Virus record (IMG/VR): IMGVR_UViG_3300044712_000568
Coordinates: 102,155-166,154 of that record
Length of the DNA: 64,000 bases
Reading direction: 5' to 3' (one strand)
From: a virus
Taxonomy: Duplodnaviria > Heunggongvirae > Uroviricota > Caudoviricetes
Shown: in pieces, positions 28,275 to 38,291 of the stretch
How the letters are laid out: each line of letters opens with the position of its first letter
Position numbering within the stretch: position 1 is the stretch's first letter
Program-made: the position numbers and the translations under genes
Notes under the pieces: generated by a model
Databases searched by the model: none
What the model saw: only the letters and a program-made list of their open reading frames with translations
What the model was told of the DNA's origin: nothing

Positions 28275-29864
28275 TTAACCTAATCCACCATTTCCAGCCT
28301 GATAGAGGTTAGATACCTGGAGAACTCCAAGACCCTTGTCACCATCTAATAGGAGCTGGTGATCATATCTCTGCTGCAGACCAACTACGGTACTGAAGAT
28401 GTCGCCACCAAGTACGTCGATAGAAGGAGGAGTGAGGTAGGTAACGAATGGGAAGTACGCATAAGGAGCCTTTGCAAGATCCTTGGATGTGAAGCCCATG
28501 AGAACCTTATCGGACTGAGGGAACTGAGGAGCCTTAGCTACTGTGAAGTTTCCAACTGTACCGAACTTCTCTCCACCAACTTCGAAATTACCCTGAGCCT
28601 TGTGGTCGTTGTCAACCATACGGAACTCATTGGTGTTCTGTAAGAGAGTGAAAATGTGTGGGTGAGTGATAGCGAACATTCCTTCACCACGGAGGAAGTC
28701 AATGCTCATGTCATTGGCAAGGTAATTCATCTTGTGAATGAGTTCCTGGTTCTTCTGGAACATAGTTCCACGGAAAGTATTTGCAGCATAATTTGCATCA
28801 TACGCAGTTACCTTACCAGCCTTGCTCATCATGCTCATCATGATTTCGAGGTCGATTTCAAGAGCCATAGACTCTGTCATTCCGCCAACGAGTTCCTTAA
28901 GAGCATCAAGCTTGCCTTCGGTGTAAGCCTCGAGATCCTGAATTGCTTCAGCTGAGATCTGAGCGAAGTTCTTACGGCTCTTAGCTACAGCATTAATTGT
29001 AGACTGCTTGAAGCTAATTTCAGCAAGATTCTTATTACGTTCTAAGTTGTACTGATATTCAACCTTATAGGTAGCGGTTCCAGTTACAGTTAACACAGGA
29101 GCAGCAGCAGCCGCAGCGGCAGCAGTCTGAGCAATGCTGTAAGTGAAGACTCCAGAAGGAGAGGTATAAGTTCCACCGGTTCCACCGTTAACACCAGTGA
29201 GGACTCCAGCGCCGTTGTCGGTAGCTACAATCTTCTGGTTACGTGGATCGTTGGTGTCAAATACATAAATAACAGCTGTACCGGCAATGAAAGGAGCGTA
29301 GGTTACAGTTGCAGCGGATGGAGCAATAGTTCCACCAGTTTCAAATACCTTCTGTGAAGAGTAGTAAGGATCGATAACTTTGCTGCTGTCCTGCCAAGTC
29401 TTCTGGGTTAAAGAAGAATCGTAGCGCTTGTAGTTTGCTGGATCCATGAACTCGTCACCAGATGTAGTCTGACCCTTCGTAGTATTACGAGAAAGTCTGA
29501 AGGTCTGGATGAGCTGTGTAGGAACGTCAAGCTGACGGGTTGCGATAAACTTTGTAGCAACAATCTGAGGGAATACACGAGTGATGATTGTTGGTAACAT
29601 TGCTTTGTTGTATGTAGCAACTGAGGAAGAAGTTGTGGCTTCTGATAATGGCTGGTTCTTTGTTGCATACTGAAGGGACTTTACAGCGTGGAGGAATACG
29701 GTGTTACGGTAATCGGCATCCTTAATTACGCCTTCTAAGTTTTCGTTGAAAGTCTTCCAGAAGGAAGTTTTGCCAGCTTTACGAGCAGCAGACTCATCCT
29801 TCTCGAGGATGGCTCTTACTCTTTCTTCGCATAGTGCTTCGAGATTTACGGGGTTCTTAAACAT
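28275..29864 (-). CDS. Major capsid protein (T4 gp23-like)
   Basis: IITRVFPQIVATKFIATRQL; AKSRKNFAQISAEAIQDL...SMALEIDLEI. CAGGAG SD, strong high-expression codon bias, follows protease and scaffold. Confidence 0.92.
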   Translation of the reverse strand: MFKNPVNLEALCEERVRAILEKDESAARKAGKTSFWKTFNENLEGVIKDADYRNTVFLHAVKSLQYATKNQPLSEATTSSSVATYNKAMLPTIITRVFPQIVATKFIATRQLDVPTQLIQTFRLSRNTTKGQTTSGDEFMDPANYKRYDSSLTQKTWQDSSKVIDPYYSSQKVFETGGTIAPSAATVTYAPFIAGTAVIYVFDTNDPRNQKIVATDNGAGVLTGVNGGTGGTYTSPSGVFTYSIAQTAAAAAAAAPVLTVTGTATYKVEYQYNLERNKNLAEISFKQSTINAVAKSRKNFAQISAEAIQDLEAYTEGKLDALKELVGGMTESMALEIDLEIMMSMMSKAGKVTAYDANYAANTFRGTMFQKNQELIHKMNYLANDMSIDFLRGEGMFAITHPHIFTLLQNTNEFRMVDNDHKAQGNFEVGGEKFGTVGNFTVAKAPQFPQSDKVLMGFTSKDLAKAPYAYFPFVTYLTPPSIDVLGGDIFSTVVGLQQRYDHQLLLDGDKGLGVLQVSNLYQAGNGGLG

Positions 29865-29915
29865 TCAGTGTCTCCTGATAAAATTAATTATACTTTTGTT
29901 GCAGTTAGGTTGATA

Positions 29916-30770
29916 TTAACCTAAGAAAACTTCATAGTCGAGAGCGGAATTTGACTTAGTTAATTCAGTGGAAGTCTCAGCTTCAACAGCTGCAGTCTTT
30001 TGAGACTTAATTCCTTCTGCGATTACCTTAAGCTTAGCTCTATCCTTCTGTTCTGGCTTTACTTCAATTTTCTTACTTTCAGCAAGCTGCTTTTCAGCGG
30101 CTACTTCAATTTCTTTTTCTTTTAATGCTGCTTTTGCTGCTTCTAATGCCTCGCGTCCTTCAGTTAATGACTTAGGAGCCATCTTCAAGACTGTTTCATA
30201 TAAAAGAGCTACCTTGTCAATTGGATAACCAGCACACTCGGATACTACTAAAGTATGAAGGTCGCCAGACAATGCCTTAACTTCCAAAGATTTAATCTGC
30301 TTTGTTGCAGCGTTGAGTTTGTCAGAAAGCTCCTGGATTTTACTCTGGTTAGCTTCAGCAAGCTCATTAATATTCATGTAAGGAGCCATAACACGTACGG
30401 CCTGAGCAAATGCTTCCTGCATTTTAACCGCAGAATTAGAAGACTTAGCTTCTTCTTCAATAGTTTTTGTTAAGTTCTTAACGGCTTCGTTAACAAATTC
30501 ATAAACTTCTTTGCCGAGCTTTTTCTTAGCATCATTGAACTTTGTTTCGTAATATTCTTTTAGCTTTGTCTCATAAAGAGTAGACTTAGCTAATACTGTC
30601 TTACGGAGAAGAAATGCTTCCTTCTCGGCAACTTTCTTTGCTTCAGCTAAGGCAGCCTTTTCGGCATCAAGCTCAGCCTGCTTATCTACGATAGCTTTCT
30701 GAATTTGCTCCTCAACCACCTGACGTACATCAGGATTGGCTAACATTTCTTTGATCTGCTTGATATCCAT
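29916..30770 (-). CDS. Prohead scaffold/core protein (gp22-like)
   Basis: Highly charged coiled coil between protease and MCP. Confidence 0.7.
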   Translation of the reverse strand: MDIKQIKEMLANPDVRQVVEEQIQKAIVDKQAELDAEKAALAEAKKVAEKEAFLLRKTVLAKSTLYETKLKEYYETKFNDAKKKLGKEVYEFVNEAVKNLTKTIEEEAKSSNSAVKMQEAFAQAVRVMAPYMNINELAEANQSKIQELSDKLNAATKQIKSLEVKALSGDLHTLVVSECAGYPIDKVALLYETVLKMAPKSLTEGREALEAAKAALKEKEIEVAAEKQLAESKKIEVKPEQKDRAKLKVIAEGIKSQKTAAVEAETSTELTKSNSALDYEVFLG

Positions 30771-30794
30771 ATTGAATCACCTGTATAAAAATAA

Positions 30795-31433
30795 TTACTG
30801 CTTATTTAGTAGCATGGTACTAAAGTCTGTGCGTAAATCTTTAATAAATTTCTCGCGCTCTAGTGCAGCCTTTAATTGTCTCTGGTAATCGATTCCTTCA
30901 TTAACAGGCTGAACGAATGCTTTATGAGTAGATGGATCGTGAACACAGTCAAATGTTACCAACTTATATTCTTCTACTACAGTTCCTTCGTATCCATTAG
31001 CTACTGAACCATAACCGCGACTAGAAATACCAACTGTGCAGTTATTTCTGATTAAAGCTCCAAGCAAACGGCCAGCTGGTGTTCCTGCTGGTCCTGGATC
31101 ATCAAAAACAACAGCTTCTCCAATAACATCTTTGCCAGAGAACTTAAGATTTGTTACTACATGACTTACATTTTTTAATGACACTGTAGGTGATTGATCG
31201 GCGGGATGGTCAAGTTCACCAAACATATTTCGAGATAAAAGGCTTTCACTGCATTCCTGGATAGCTCTATCTAAAACACCAAATGGATAAATTCTTCCAT
31301 TTTGATTCTTAGAATCAGCTCTTTGGAAAACTCCACGAATCTTAAGACTCTTCCAACTACTATTAGGATTGACCTTCTCTTCGAGAATTTCAAATCCACT
31401 AGTAGATGAGGTAAGTTCGTTTAATAGATCCAT
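30795..31433 (-). CDS. Prohead protease (gp21-like)
   Basis: GVFQRADSKNQNGRIYP, GELDHP, VSH, GISSRGYGS, FDCVHDPS. Confidence 0.95.
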   Translation of the reverse strand: MDLLNELTSSTSGFEILEEKVNPNSSWKSLKIRGVFQRADSKNQNGRIYPFGVLDRAIQECSESLLSRNMFGELDHPADQSPTVSLKNVSHVVTNLKFSGKDVIGEAVVFDDPGPAGTPAGRLLGALIRNNCTVGISSRGYGSVANGYEGTVVEEYKLVTFDCVHDPSTHKAFVQPVNEGIDYQRQLKAALEREKFIKDLRTDFSTMLLNKQ

Positions 31434-31442
31434 TATAAATCC

Positions 31443-32714
31443 TTATTTCTTCTCAAAAGGGTTTTCTTCTTCTTCGCCTGGAAGAGCAACTCCAGCTGGA
31501 GCTGGCTCTGCACCTAGATCTTCACCCACTGGCTCTTCTGTAGGTTGAACGTCTTCTACAGGCTCGCCTTCATCTTCACTAGACTTAACTTCGAACTCTT
31601 CTTCGCCTAATTCCTGTTCTGGAGTATATAAATCAGAATCTAAGAAGTAGGAAATAATTGGTTGCCATCTTGCTTCAATTTGAGAGAGTGTTTCATCTGA
31701 AAGACTCATATCAGATAGAGCATCTAGATCTCCCTTTAGAGTAGAGTCCATATCACCGGCCATTTCAGAGTTTGATGGATTGTTAGCTTCTCTTGTTACG
31801 AATTCTTCCATTCCACTTAAAATAGACTTTAGTACACTCTTATGAAGTTCTTTTACTTCTTCGTCACTTAACTTAGAAGGATCAAATTCATTAAACTCAG
31901 CTGGACCCTCTTCTTCAACTGGGAAGTCAGATTCAACTTCTTCAGGAGCAGTGAAATCTTCTGAGGCTACTTCATCAGGATCTTCATTTTCAAATGATCC
32001 TCTTTCGAGATCATACTTATTATCTAATGCTTCCTGTAAATCAACATTAGATTCATTAAGAGTAGAAGCAACTAAGAACAACTTGTCCGTAATAGCCTCT
32101 GCTAAACTCTCATTGCCTAATACTGTATCTAATACAATAGACTTAACTGTAGGTTTACCTAAAAATAATACACTACCAGAATTTTCAATTAAGGAAGTGT
32201 ACTCAGCTACTTCTAGTGTTTTACTTTCTTTTAATGTTAAGAGAGCGAAAAGATCTGACTTAAAGTTAGGAATGGATTTAAATCCAGTCTTACGAAGTTT
32301 AAATCCTGGTGCTTTCTTAGCAAGATTCTCTGTAAACATACTAGGGAATTTTGACTTGATTATATAGTATTGGAAATACTGTTCGCAGAAGGACTTTAGC
32401 TCATCCTCCGCGCCAATATAGTTGTCCTCAACTAAATGGTCTACTAAAGAAACTAAAGACTCTCTTAGAGTTTTCTCTGTTCCTTTAGCTGAAATAGAAA
32501 TGACTTCGTTGTCAACGACAGAATCCGAGGTCATTTTGGCTTCAGACAAATTGTGCTTAAATTTAGCCAATACTAGAAAATTATTTTTCTGAAAAAGTAC
32601 CGAATCGTCGGTATATTCCAAAATTTGGCAATCTTCTGTTAGCAAATTCTGCAGTTTTTGTCCCAAAGCTACGTTTCCGCTTTTGAGAAGATTTGTTAAG
32701 TTCTTTAGATTCAT
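31443..32714 (-). CDS. Acidic prohead core protein (putative)
   Basis: Between portal and protease; many L-x-E sites; very acidic C-terminal half. Confidence 0.55.
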   Translation of the reverse strand: MNLKNLTNLLKSGNVALGQKLQNLLTEDCQILEYTDDSVLFQKNNFLVLAKFKHNLSEAKMTSDSVVDNEVISISAKGTEKTLRESLVSLVDHLVEDNYIGAEDELKSFCEQYFQYYIIKSKFPSMFTENLAKKAPGFKLRKTGFKSIPNFKSDLFALLTLKESKTLEVAEYTSLIENSGSVLFLGKPTVKSIVLDTVLGNESLAEAITDKLFLVASTLNESNVDLQEALDNKYDLERGSFENEDPDEVASEDFTAPEEVESDFPVEEEGPAEFNEFDPSKLSDEEVKELHKSVLKSILSGMEEFVTREANNPSNSEMAGDMDSTLKGDLDALSDMSLSDETLSQIEARWQPIISYFLDSDLYTPEQELGEEEFEVKSSEDEGEPVEDVQPTEEPVGEDLGAEPAPAGVALPGEEEENPFEKK

Positions 32715-32755
32715 GAGTGTAAACCTATAGGTAAAAGTTACAATTCAAAATTTAA

Positions 32756-34726
32756 TTACGTAGATTTTTCATCGTCAAAAATTTCTTCGGGTTCTGTTAG
32801 TTGAGTTTTCTTTTCTTCCGTGAGGGAAGTAACATTTCTAGCTTCAGACTCTTGAGATTCGAACCCATTTGCTTCTACAAGAGTTTTAATTTCTTTTAAT
32901 GCTACTGTATAATGCTTCACTGGTTTAATTACTTCAGCAGTTTCAATAAGCAAACCACCTAAGTAACGTCTTCCAGCTGTTAATGGCATTCCGCCAAGAT
33001 CTGGCGCTGGACCACCCTCAACTCCTGGCATAGGAGCAGTCGGAGCTGCACCAGGAGTTGGAGGCATTCCTGGTTGAGCTGGAGGAACTTGACCTTCTGC
33101 ACCAGGCATAGGAGCCATACCAGCTTCTAATCCAAGATCTCCACCAATCGGCATTCCTCCACCAACTCCTGGAGCACCTTGTTGTGCGAGAGGATCTGGT
33201 TTAAACATTTCTTTTACTTCTGTATCAGTTCTTCTTAAAATATTTTTAGCAATCCACATAGTATTGACGCCAAAGCCTTTATAAGAATCTGCTAGTTGTA
33301 AAAGGGATGAATCTACTTCAAGACGAGCTTTTTCTTCTACATAAGAAGGACGAGTCATGATTAGATCAAAAGATTTTAATTGCTTAAGATCTGAAATGCC
33401 TCTAATAGCTAAATGGATTAAGCACATATCTTTAATAGCTTCAAGAAAATCTTCTTGAATATTCTGAATGGCTTTACTAAAAGTAACATTTTGTTGAGAT
33501 AACATACCCTTAGAAGATACATCACCTTCATAACCTAAGAAGGACTTGGGTACTTTAAGGGCAGAAAATAGTCTGTTATTAAGGAAAGATACGTCCTCAA
33601 TAGTACCAACATCAGATACACCAGCTAATTGTTCTACTTTAGAGGAAGAACCTTTCTGCATAGGAATAAATAGATTGGCATTCATATCCAATAATTGATA
33701 ACGTTCATTTAATTTACCACTGGCGTTAAAATACTCCTTCTTAGTAAGAGCATTGATTTGTTTTCTAATAACCTGTTCAGCATCTGCTCCCTGATTATTA
33801 CCAACATCTACATAGAATACTAAACGCGTAGGAGCTCTATTTAAACGATAAATAATAAGAGAATCGAATAAAAGATCAAGTTTCTTCCAAACATCTACCG
33901 AAGACTCTAATACAGAAGCACCATAGGGTAGGAAGGCTCCCTTACCACGCAATCTAAAATGAATCAATTCGTACTTTAAGAATGTAATAAGAGAATTTTC
34001 ATCTTCTCTGTTTACATTATCACCAGTTAGATATGGTAATGATAGCGTATTAAGATTTATATATGGATTCATAGTGGCAGAAGTAATACTAGCATTCTGT
34101 ACTGCACTCTTTAGCACATCTAAATCTTGAACATATCCTAAAAGTTCACCGTCTTTTTCTTCTAAACGGTAAACTGAAATTGCATTAAGATCTTTTAATC
34201 CAACAATTCCTCTAACAGAATCTAGTTTAAGAGATGCAAAATGATCTCCATACTTACACATATTTCTAATAATAGACCAACTTCTATAGTTATTGATACC
34301 AGTATCTTCTAACATAGATCGAAGTTCATCTTGAATATATTTAGAGGAAGAAAACACCCCTACTACATGACCTTCTTGATTTTTTTGTGTTGCTTCATTA
34401 GCATATACATCAATAGCTGACGCTATTAAATCTGTATCCATTCTATCATACATTACATATCTAGAATGGCGTAATGTTTCTCTTTCTAAATATTTGTGAT
34501 AGTTATGTCCTAATCCTTCTTCCGAAAAGATAGAACCTATCTGGACACCCTTTTTAGAAATGACTGTGGGTTCCGCTACTGGTTTAGTTGCAGTTTCTCT
34601 TTTGGTAGCAGCTAAAGCAGTTTCTATAGCAGCTCTAGCCGTAAATTCACCCGGCTTAGAGTTACTAAACATTCTGCCTATAGCAGTACCAATATTTCGC
34701 ATATTGAACGGTAAACGATCAGCCAT
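32756..34726 (-). CDS. Portal protein (gp20-like)
   Basis: IYRLNRAPTRLVFYVDVGN; FNNRLFSALKVPKSFL; directly after terminase; Pro/Gly-rich C-tail. Confidence 0.95.
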   Translation of the reverse strand: MADRLPFNMRNIGTAIGRMFSNSKPGEFTARAAIETALAATKRETATKPVAEPTVISKKGVQIGSIFSEEGLGHNYHKYLERETLRHSRYVMYDRMDTDLIASAIDVYANEATQKNQEGHVVGVFSSSKYIQDELRSMLEDTGINNYRSWSIIRNMCKYGDHFASLKLDSVRGIVGLKDLNAISVYRLEEKDGELLGYVQDLDVLKSAVQNASITSATMNPYINLNTLSLPYLTGDNVNREDENSLITFLKYELIHFRLRGKGAFLPYGASVLESSVDVWKKLDLLFDSLIIYRLNRAPTRLVFYVDVGNNQGADAEQVIRKQINALTKKEYFNASGKLNERYQLLDMNANLFIPMQKGSSSKVEQLAGVSDVGTIEDVSFLNNRLFSALKVPKSFLGYEGDVSSKGMLSQQNVTFSKAIQNIQEDFLEAIKDMCLIHLAIRGISDLKQLKSFDLIMTRPSYVEEKARLEVDSSLLQLADSYKGFGVNTMWIAKNILRRTDTEVKEMFKPDPLAQQGAPGVGGGMPIGGDLGLEAGMAPMPGAEGQVPPAQPGMPPTPGAAPTAPMPGVEGGPAPDLGGMPLTAGRRYLGGLLIETAEVIKPVKHYTVALKEIKTLVEANGFESQESEARNVTSLTEEKKTQLTEPEEIFDDEKST

Positions 34727-34749
34727 ATTCTACAAATCCTACAAATTAA

Positions 34750-36711
34750 TTAAAAATTTCTATTCCATAGGAAGTTTCTATGCATTTCGGCAACAGTCTG
34801 AAACTCTTCTGAAAAAATATCATCTAATGAAAACTTACGATCTTTGGGAATTAACGATAAACTTTCGATTGCTCTATAGTTATCGGAAATAATAGTCGAC
34901 ATCGAACCAACAAATTCATTTTCTGATAATTGTCTTTCGAATTCTTCTACTGGATGCTGTAATGTAATATCTTCTAAACCTGATCCATCATATACACCAG
35001 ATTTAATACGATGATACATTTTTAATCGATTTGCTAACATTTCTTTGGAAATTCCCATTCTATTAGAATGATAATCTAAATATTCGTCAGAATACTCGCC
35101 ACTAGAGTCCATTAACTTAGTATCAACAGCAATACCAAAATCTACAATAGGACGATGTATATGTTCTTTTGGAACCATTGTTACTACAGCTAATGCAAGA
35201 GCAATAACTAAATCGTCATTACCTTTAGCAGCTTCAAACTTTTTAGATCCATCAGCATACACAGAGTTTGCCGCAAAATTTTCCATTTGTAATTTTAAAC
35301 GTCCGCTTTTTAATTTTGCACTGCTTGCGGGACGATTATAAAATAGTAACAATTTTTCAATTAACAAAGAACGTGTAGCTCTATTAGTCTGGAATCCTGG
35401 AGTATTTTTCATAGGATCATACCAGATATTCTGGTATCCTCTATTCTCTAATAGATAAAATACCATTTCAGAATATGAGTTTGCTTCAATAACCATAGTA
35501 GCATTATTGTAATGTCTACCTGCCTTGATTAGAATATCCACAAAAACTTCAGTCGGAAGTTTACCCATATACTCAGCTACTTGTTCTTGGGTATCTTCAT
35601 CAATAACTTGAAACGTTGTATAATCCTTGGCTGTAGCTTTATTTGAAGCGCAGTCAACACCTATTCGATAATTTTTAGCTGGATCCGCTGTTTCCCAAAT
35701 ATAAAAAGTATCCTCATAAGTTACACCGCCAAAGTTTTTATTTAAAATAAGAGCATTTGGTTTAAATGCATCTAGAGTTTCTCTAGAAAATAAACCATGT
35801 AAGTTAACATCGAAACAACATTCATACTCTTGTCTAAACTTATCTACATTTCCGTTATCCAGTCTAATTTGGTCTTGTCTAAAATTAGGATTTCTAGAAA
35901 ATATAGAAGATACTTGCCAAGAAAATTCAAAATGCTTCCAATTATTTTGTCCAGCCTTTGCTGTAGAAAAAGTTCTATAAAACCAATTAGAGTCACTATT
36001 ACCATTAGGTGTAGAAATGGCGATTAGTGAGCCTCCAGAGGCTGCTACAGTCGGTGTAATTGCTTTGACTACCTCATCTGCATCCTTAATGAATGCCGCT
36101 TCGTCAATTAAGAAGACTGTGGCAGAGAATGAACGCGCAGCGTTGGGGTTAGAAGTCATAGCCTTAACTACTGACTTTGTGTCAAATTCTACTGTATTTT
36201 TACTATAAAGAGTGCATGAAGGTTTAAGCCATTCTGGCAGAAACTCATACGCTGTTTTTAATTTAGTTACAAACTCTTCGGCTGATTCTTTTCTATGTGC
36301 TACTACGAGACAACGCTTACCAGTTGAGAAAATAGAAAACCAAAGAGCATAAAATACCAATGAGGTAGATACGCCTAACTGACGAGCTTTATTTACAATA
36401 ATATATTTTTCTAATTGAAAGGAAGCAAGCAAAGATCGTTGATAATTTTCGAGCTTAAAAGGAATAATACCAGCACCACCAGGGCCAGTAATAAATCCAT
36501 ACCTTTCAGCAAAATAGGTAATGTCTTCAATACATTTTCTACGCTCGTCTTCAATATATGCGATAAGTCTAGTTTTAAGTTCCTCATCATTAGCTCCTTC
36601 TTGCTGCCATTGCTTTAGTAAACGCTCTGGTTCATAATAAGCATGATCTTTGAATTCAGGCTTATTAACATATTTTTTAGCGTGTGTTTTCTTTCCTATA
36701 CGAATTGCCAT
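34750..36711 (-). CDS. terL: Terminase large subunit
   Basis: NKARQLGVST, Walker B FLIDEAAF, ISTPNG, GVDCAS nuclease Asp, NDDLVIAL. Confidence 0.95.
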   Translation of the reverse strand: MAIRIGKKTHAKKYVNKPEFKDHAYYEPERLLKQWQQEGANDEELKTRLIAYIEDERRKCIEDITYFAERYGFITGPGGAGIIPFKLENYQRSLLASFQLEKYIIVNKARQLGVSTSLVFYALWFSIFSTGKRCLVVAHRKESAEEFVTKLKTAYEFLPEWLKPSCTLYSKNTVEFDTKSVVKAMTSNPNAARSFSATVFLIDEAAFIKDADEVVKAITPTVAASGGSLIAISTPNGNSDSNWFYRTFSTAKAGQNNWKHFEFSWQVSSIFSRNPNFRQDQIRLDNGNVDKFRQEYECCFDVNLHGLFSRETLDAFKPNALILNKNFGGVTYEDTFYIWETADPAKNYRIGVDCASNKATAKDYTTFQVIDEDTQEQVAEYMGKLPTEVFVDILIKAGRHYNNATMVIEANSYSEMVFYLLENRGYQNIWYDPMKNTPGFQTNRATRSLLIEKLLLFYNRPASSAKLKSGRLKLQMENFAANSVYADGSKKFEAAKGNDDLVIALALAVVTMVPKEHIHRPIVDFGIAVDTKLMDSSGEYSDEYLDYHSNRMGISKEMLANRLKMYHRIKSGVYDGSGLEDITLQHPVEEFERQLSENEFVGSMSTIISDNYRAIESLSLIPKDRKFSLDDIFSEEFQTVAEMHRNFLWNRNF

Positions 36712-37217
36712 TAATCACCTTTGAGTAAGTCAGAGACTGATTTACCCGGATCTCCGATATGTTCTGTTTCTACAATGAATTCTTCATTACTAACATCAAC
36801 AGTTTCAGCGTCATCATATTGACGAGTATTTGAATTCATTGATAAATTATTTCCTACCCTAGCCCCAAGAGCAGCTCCAAGAGCAGCTCCCGATAAGATA
36901 GATTCTAAATCAGTAAGAGGAGCTTTCTTTTTAGAAGCAGCCTCAATTCCTTTATCATTTACTAGAGTTTTAACAATATCAATTTTCTTTTTGATAGTGT
37001 CCATGCGTAGTTCACCAAGTCTAGCTAAAGCAATCGGGTAACTTGCTTCAGTAGATTGAACCATACGATCTTTTAAAATTTCCATGAGAGAATCTAAATC
37101 AGATGCTACTATATCTAAATCCTTAAGGATTTTATGAATTTCGTCATCTACTTGAGTATTGATTTTATCAATACGAGTTGGAGCTGCGTCTCTGGTACGG
37201 GGAGTCATATCTGTCAT
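36711..37217 (-). CDS. Putative terminase small subunit
   Basis: Helical 168 aa protein, TAATG-coupled immediately upstream of terL; assignment is by position only. Confidence 0.45.
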   Translation of the reverse strand: MTDMTPRTRDAAPTRIDKINTQVDDEIHKILKDLDIVASDLDSLMEILKDRMVQSTEASYPIALARLGELRMDTIKKKIDIVKTLVNDKGIEAASKKKAPLTDLESILSGAALGAALGARVGNNLSMNSNTRQYDDAETVDVSNEEFIVETEHIGDPGKSVSDLLKGD

Positions 37218-37218
37218 A

Positions 37219-38175
37219 TTAGTAAGCTTCTGGATCCGGCTCTGATATATTAGCTAATTCACTAAATATTACAAGTGGGCCAAATACGCTCTTAATAAGT
37301 TCAAGAGTATCAGTCACATCCTTTACTTTTACTCCGCACTCATTCTTTAAGGAAAATACCAAATTATTAACTAATTTCGATAAACTTTCTGGAGTATTTA
37401 ACATGCGTCTGAGCCCTATAATTACCTTTTTATTAGTCTCAGTAATTAATTCATCATTTGTCTCAGAAAGCGTATCTAGCAATAATAAAAACTCTTGAAA
37501 AATGATAGAAGCATCTGTTACCGCATATGACTCATTACCAAAAAGCCTAGAGAAATTCTCTAGGCTAACATTAGTAATTTTTTCAGCTCCGTGTGCCATT
37601 GTGATAGTTGTGATACCATAATTTAATACCATTGTAAAATAGGTATATACTCTGGCATAAATGGGGTTTCCATTATCATCGTGGCCGACAACACGGCCCG
37701 GATCAAATTTTCCCATGGCATGAATAATTTTTAGAATGGCACTTTGAAAAATTTCTTCGTAGGGTAATCCGTGTTTATGTCTTTGATATTTAAAAATTAC
37801 ACCATCAATTAAAGGATAACAATAAGTAAGAAAATCGTTTTGAGCGTCAGATGAACCGGTAGTCTTCCATTGGAGCCATAACCATTTTCCAACATCTTCA
37901 ATGAAATAGTTATTAGATTTTTTTCCTCTTTTTTTCTTATTTGCTAACTCTGGGAATTTTTCTGGAAATAAAAAGAAAGACTTCATCAAAAAGGTATCAC
38001 TATAAGGTCCCTTTGGATTAAGCTCTAACATTTTGGCAATAGTTCTCTTTTCTAGATATTCTACATCTAGTTTACTATACATGATTACACGATAGTCGTG
38101 TCTATCACGCGGCCCTATTGATTCTTGATCTATATCTAGTTCGTGAAAGATATTAATATTATCATCATCGGTCAT
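37219..38175 (-). CDS. Sigma-factor-like protein (gp55-like late sigma, putative)
   Basis: YPLIDGVIFKY...EEIFQSAILKIIHAMGKFDP...RVYTYFTMVLNYGI resembles sigma region 2. Confidence 0.6.
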   Translation of the reverse strand: MTDDDNINIFHELDIDQESIGPRDRHDYRVIMYSKLDVEYLEKRTIAKMLELNPKGPYSDTFLMKSFFLFPEKFPELANKKKRGKKSNNYFIEDVGKWLWLQWKTTGSSDAQNDFLTYCYPLIDGVIFKYQRHKHGLPYEEIFQSAILKIIHAMGKFDPGRVVGHDDNGNPIYARVYTYFTMVLNYGITTITMAHGAEKITNVSLENFSRLFGNESYAVTDASIIFQEFLLLLDTLSETNDELITETNKKVIIGLRRMLNTPESLSKLVNNLVFSLKNECGVKVKDVTDTLELIKSVFGPLVIFSELANISEPDPEAY

Positions 38176-38233
38176 GGAGTTGTCTATTCTTAAGAAGTAC
38201 TAATGTTATCGTAATATTAAGCGTAAACATTAC

Positions 38234-38264
38234 AAAAAATAAAAGGCCCCATTAAAGGAGCCTT
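38234..38264 (-). terminator. Rho-independent terminator after recombinase
   Basis: AAGGCTCC-TTTAAT-GGGGCCTT followed by TTATTTTTT. Confidence 0.8.
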
Positions 38265-38291
38265 AAATTTTAGATTATGTACTTTTTAAAA

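Noticed and set aside
36340-36410. Terminase Walker A lacking the Lys (RQLGVST)
   Set aside because: K-x-RQ-x-G-x-S/T variants are familiar in large-phage terminases and the other motifs are intact.
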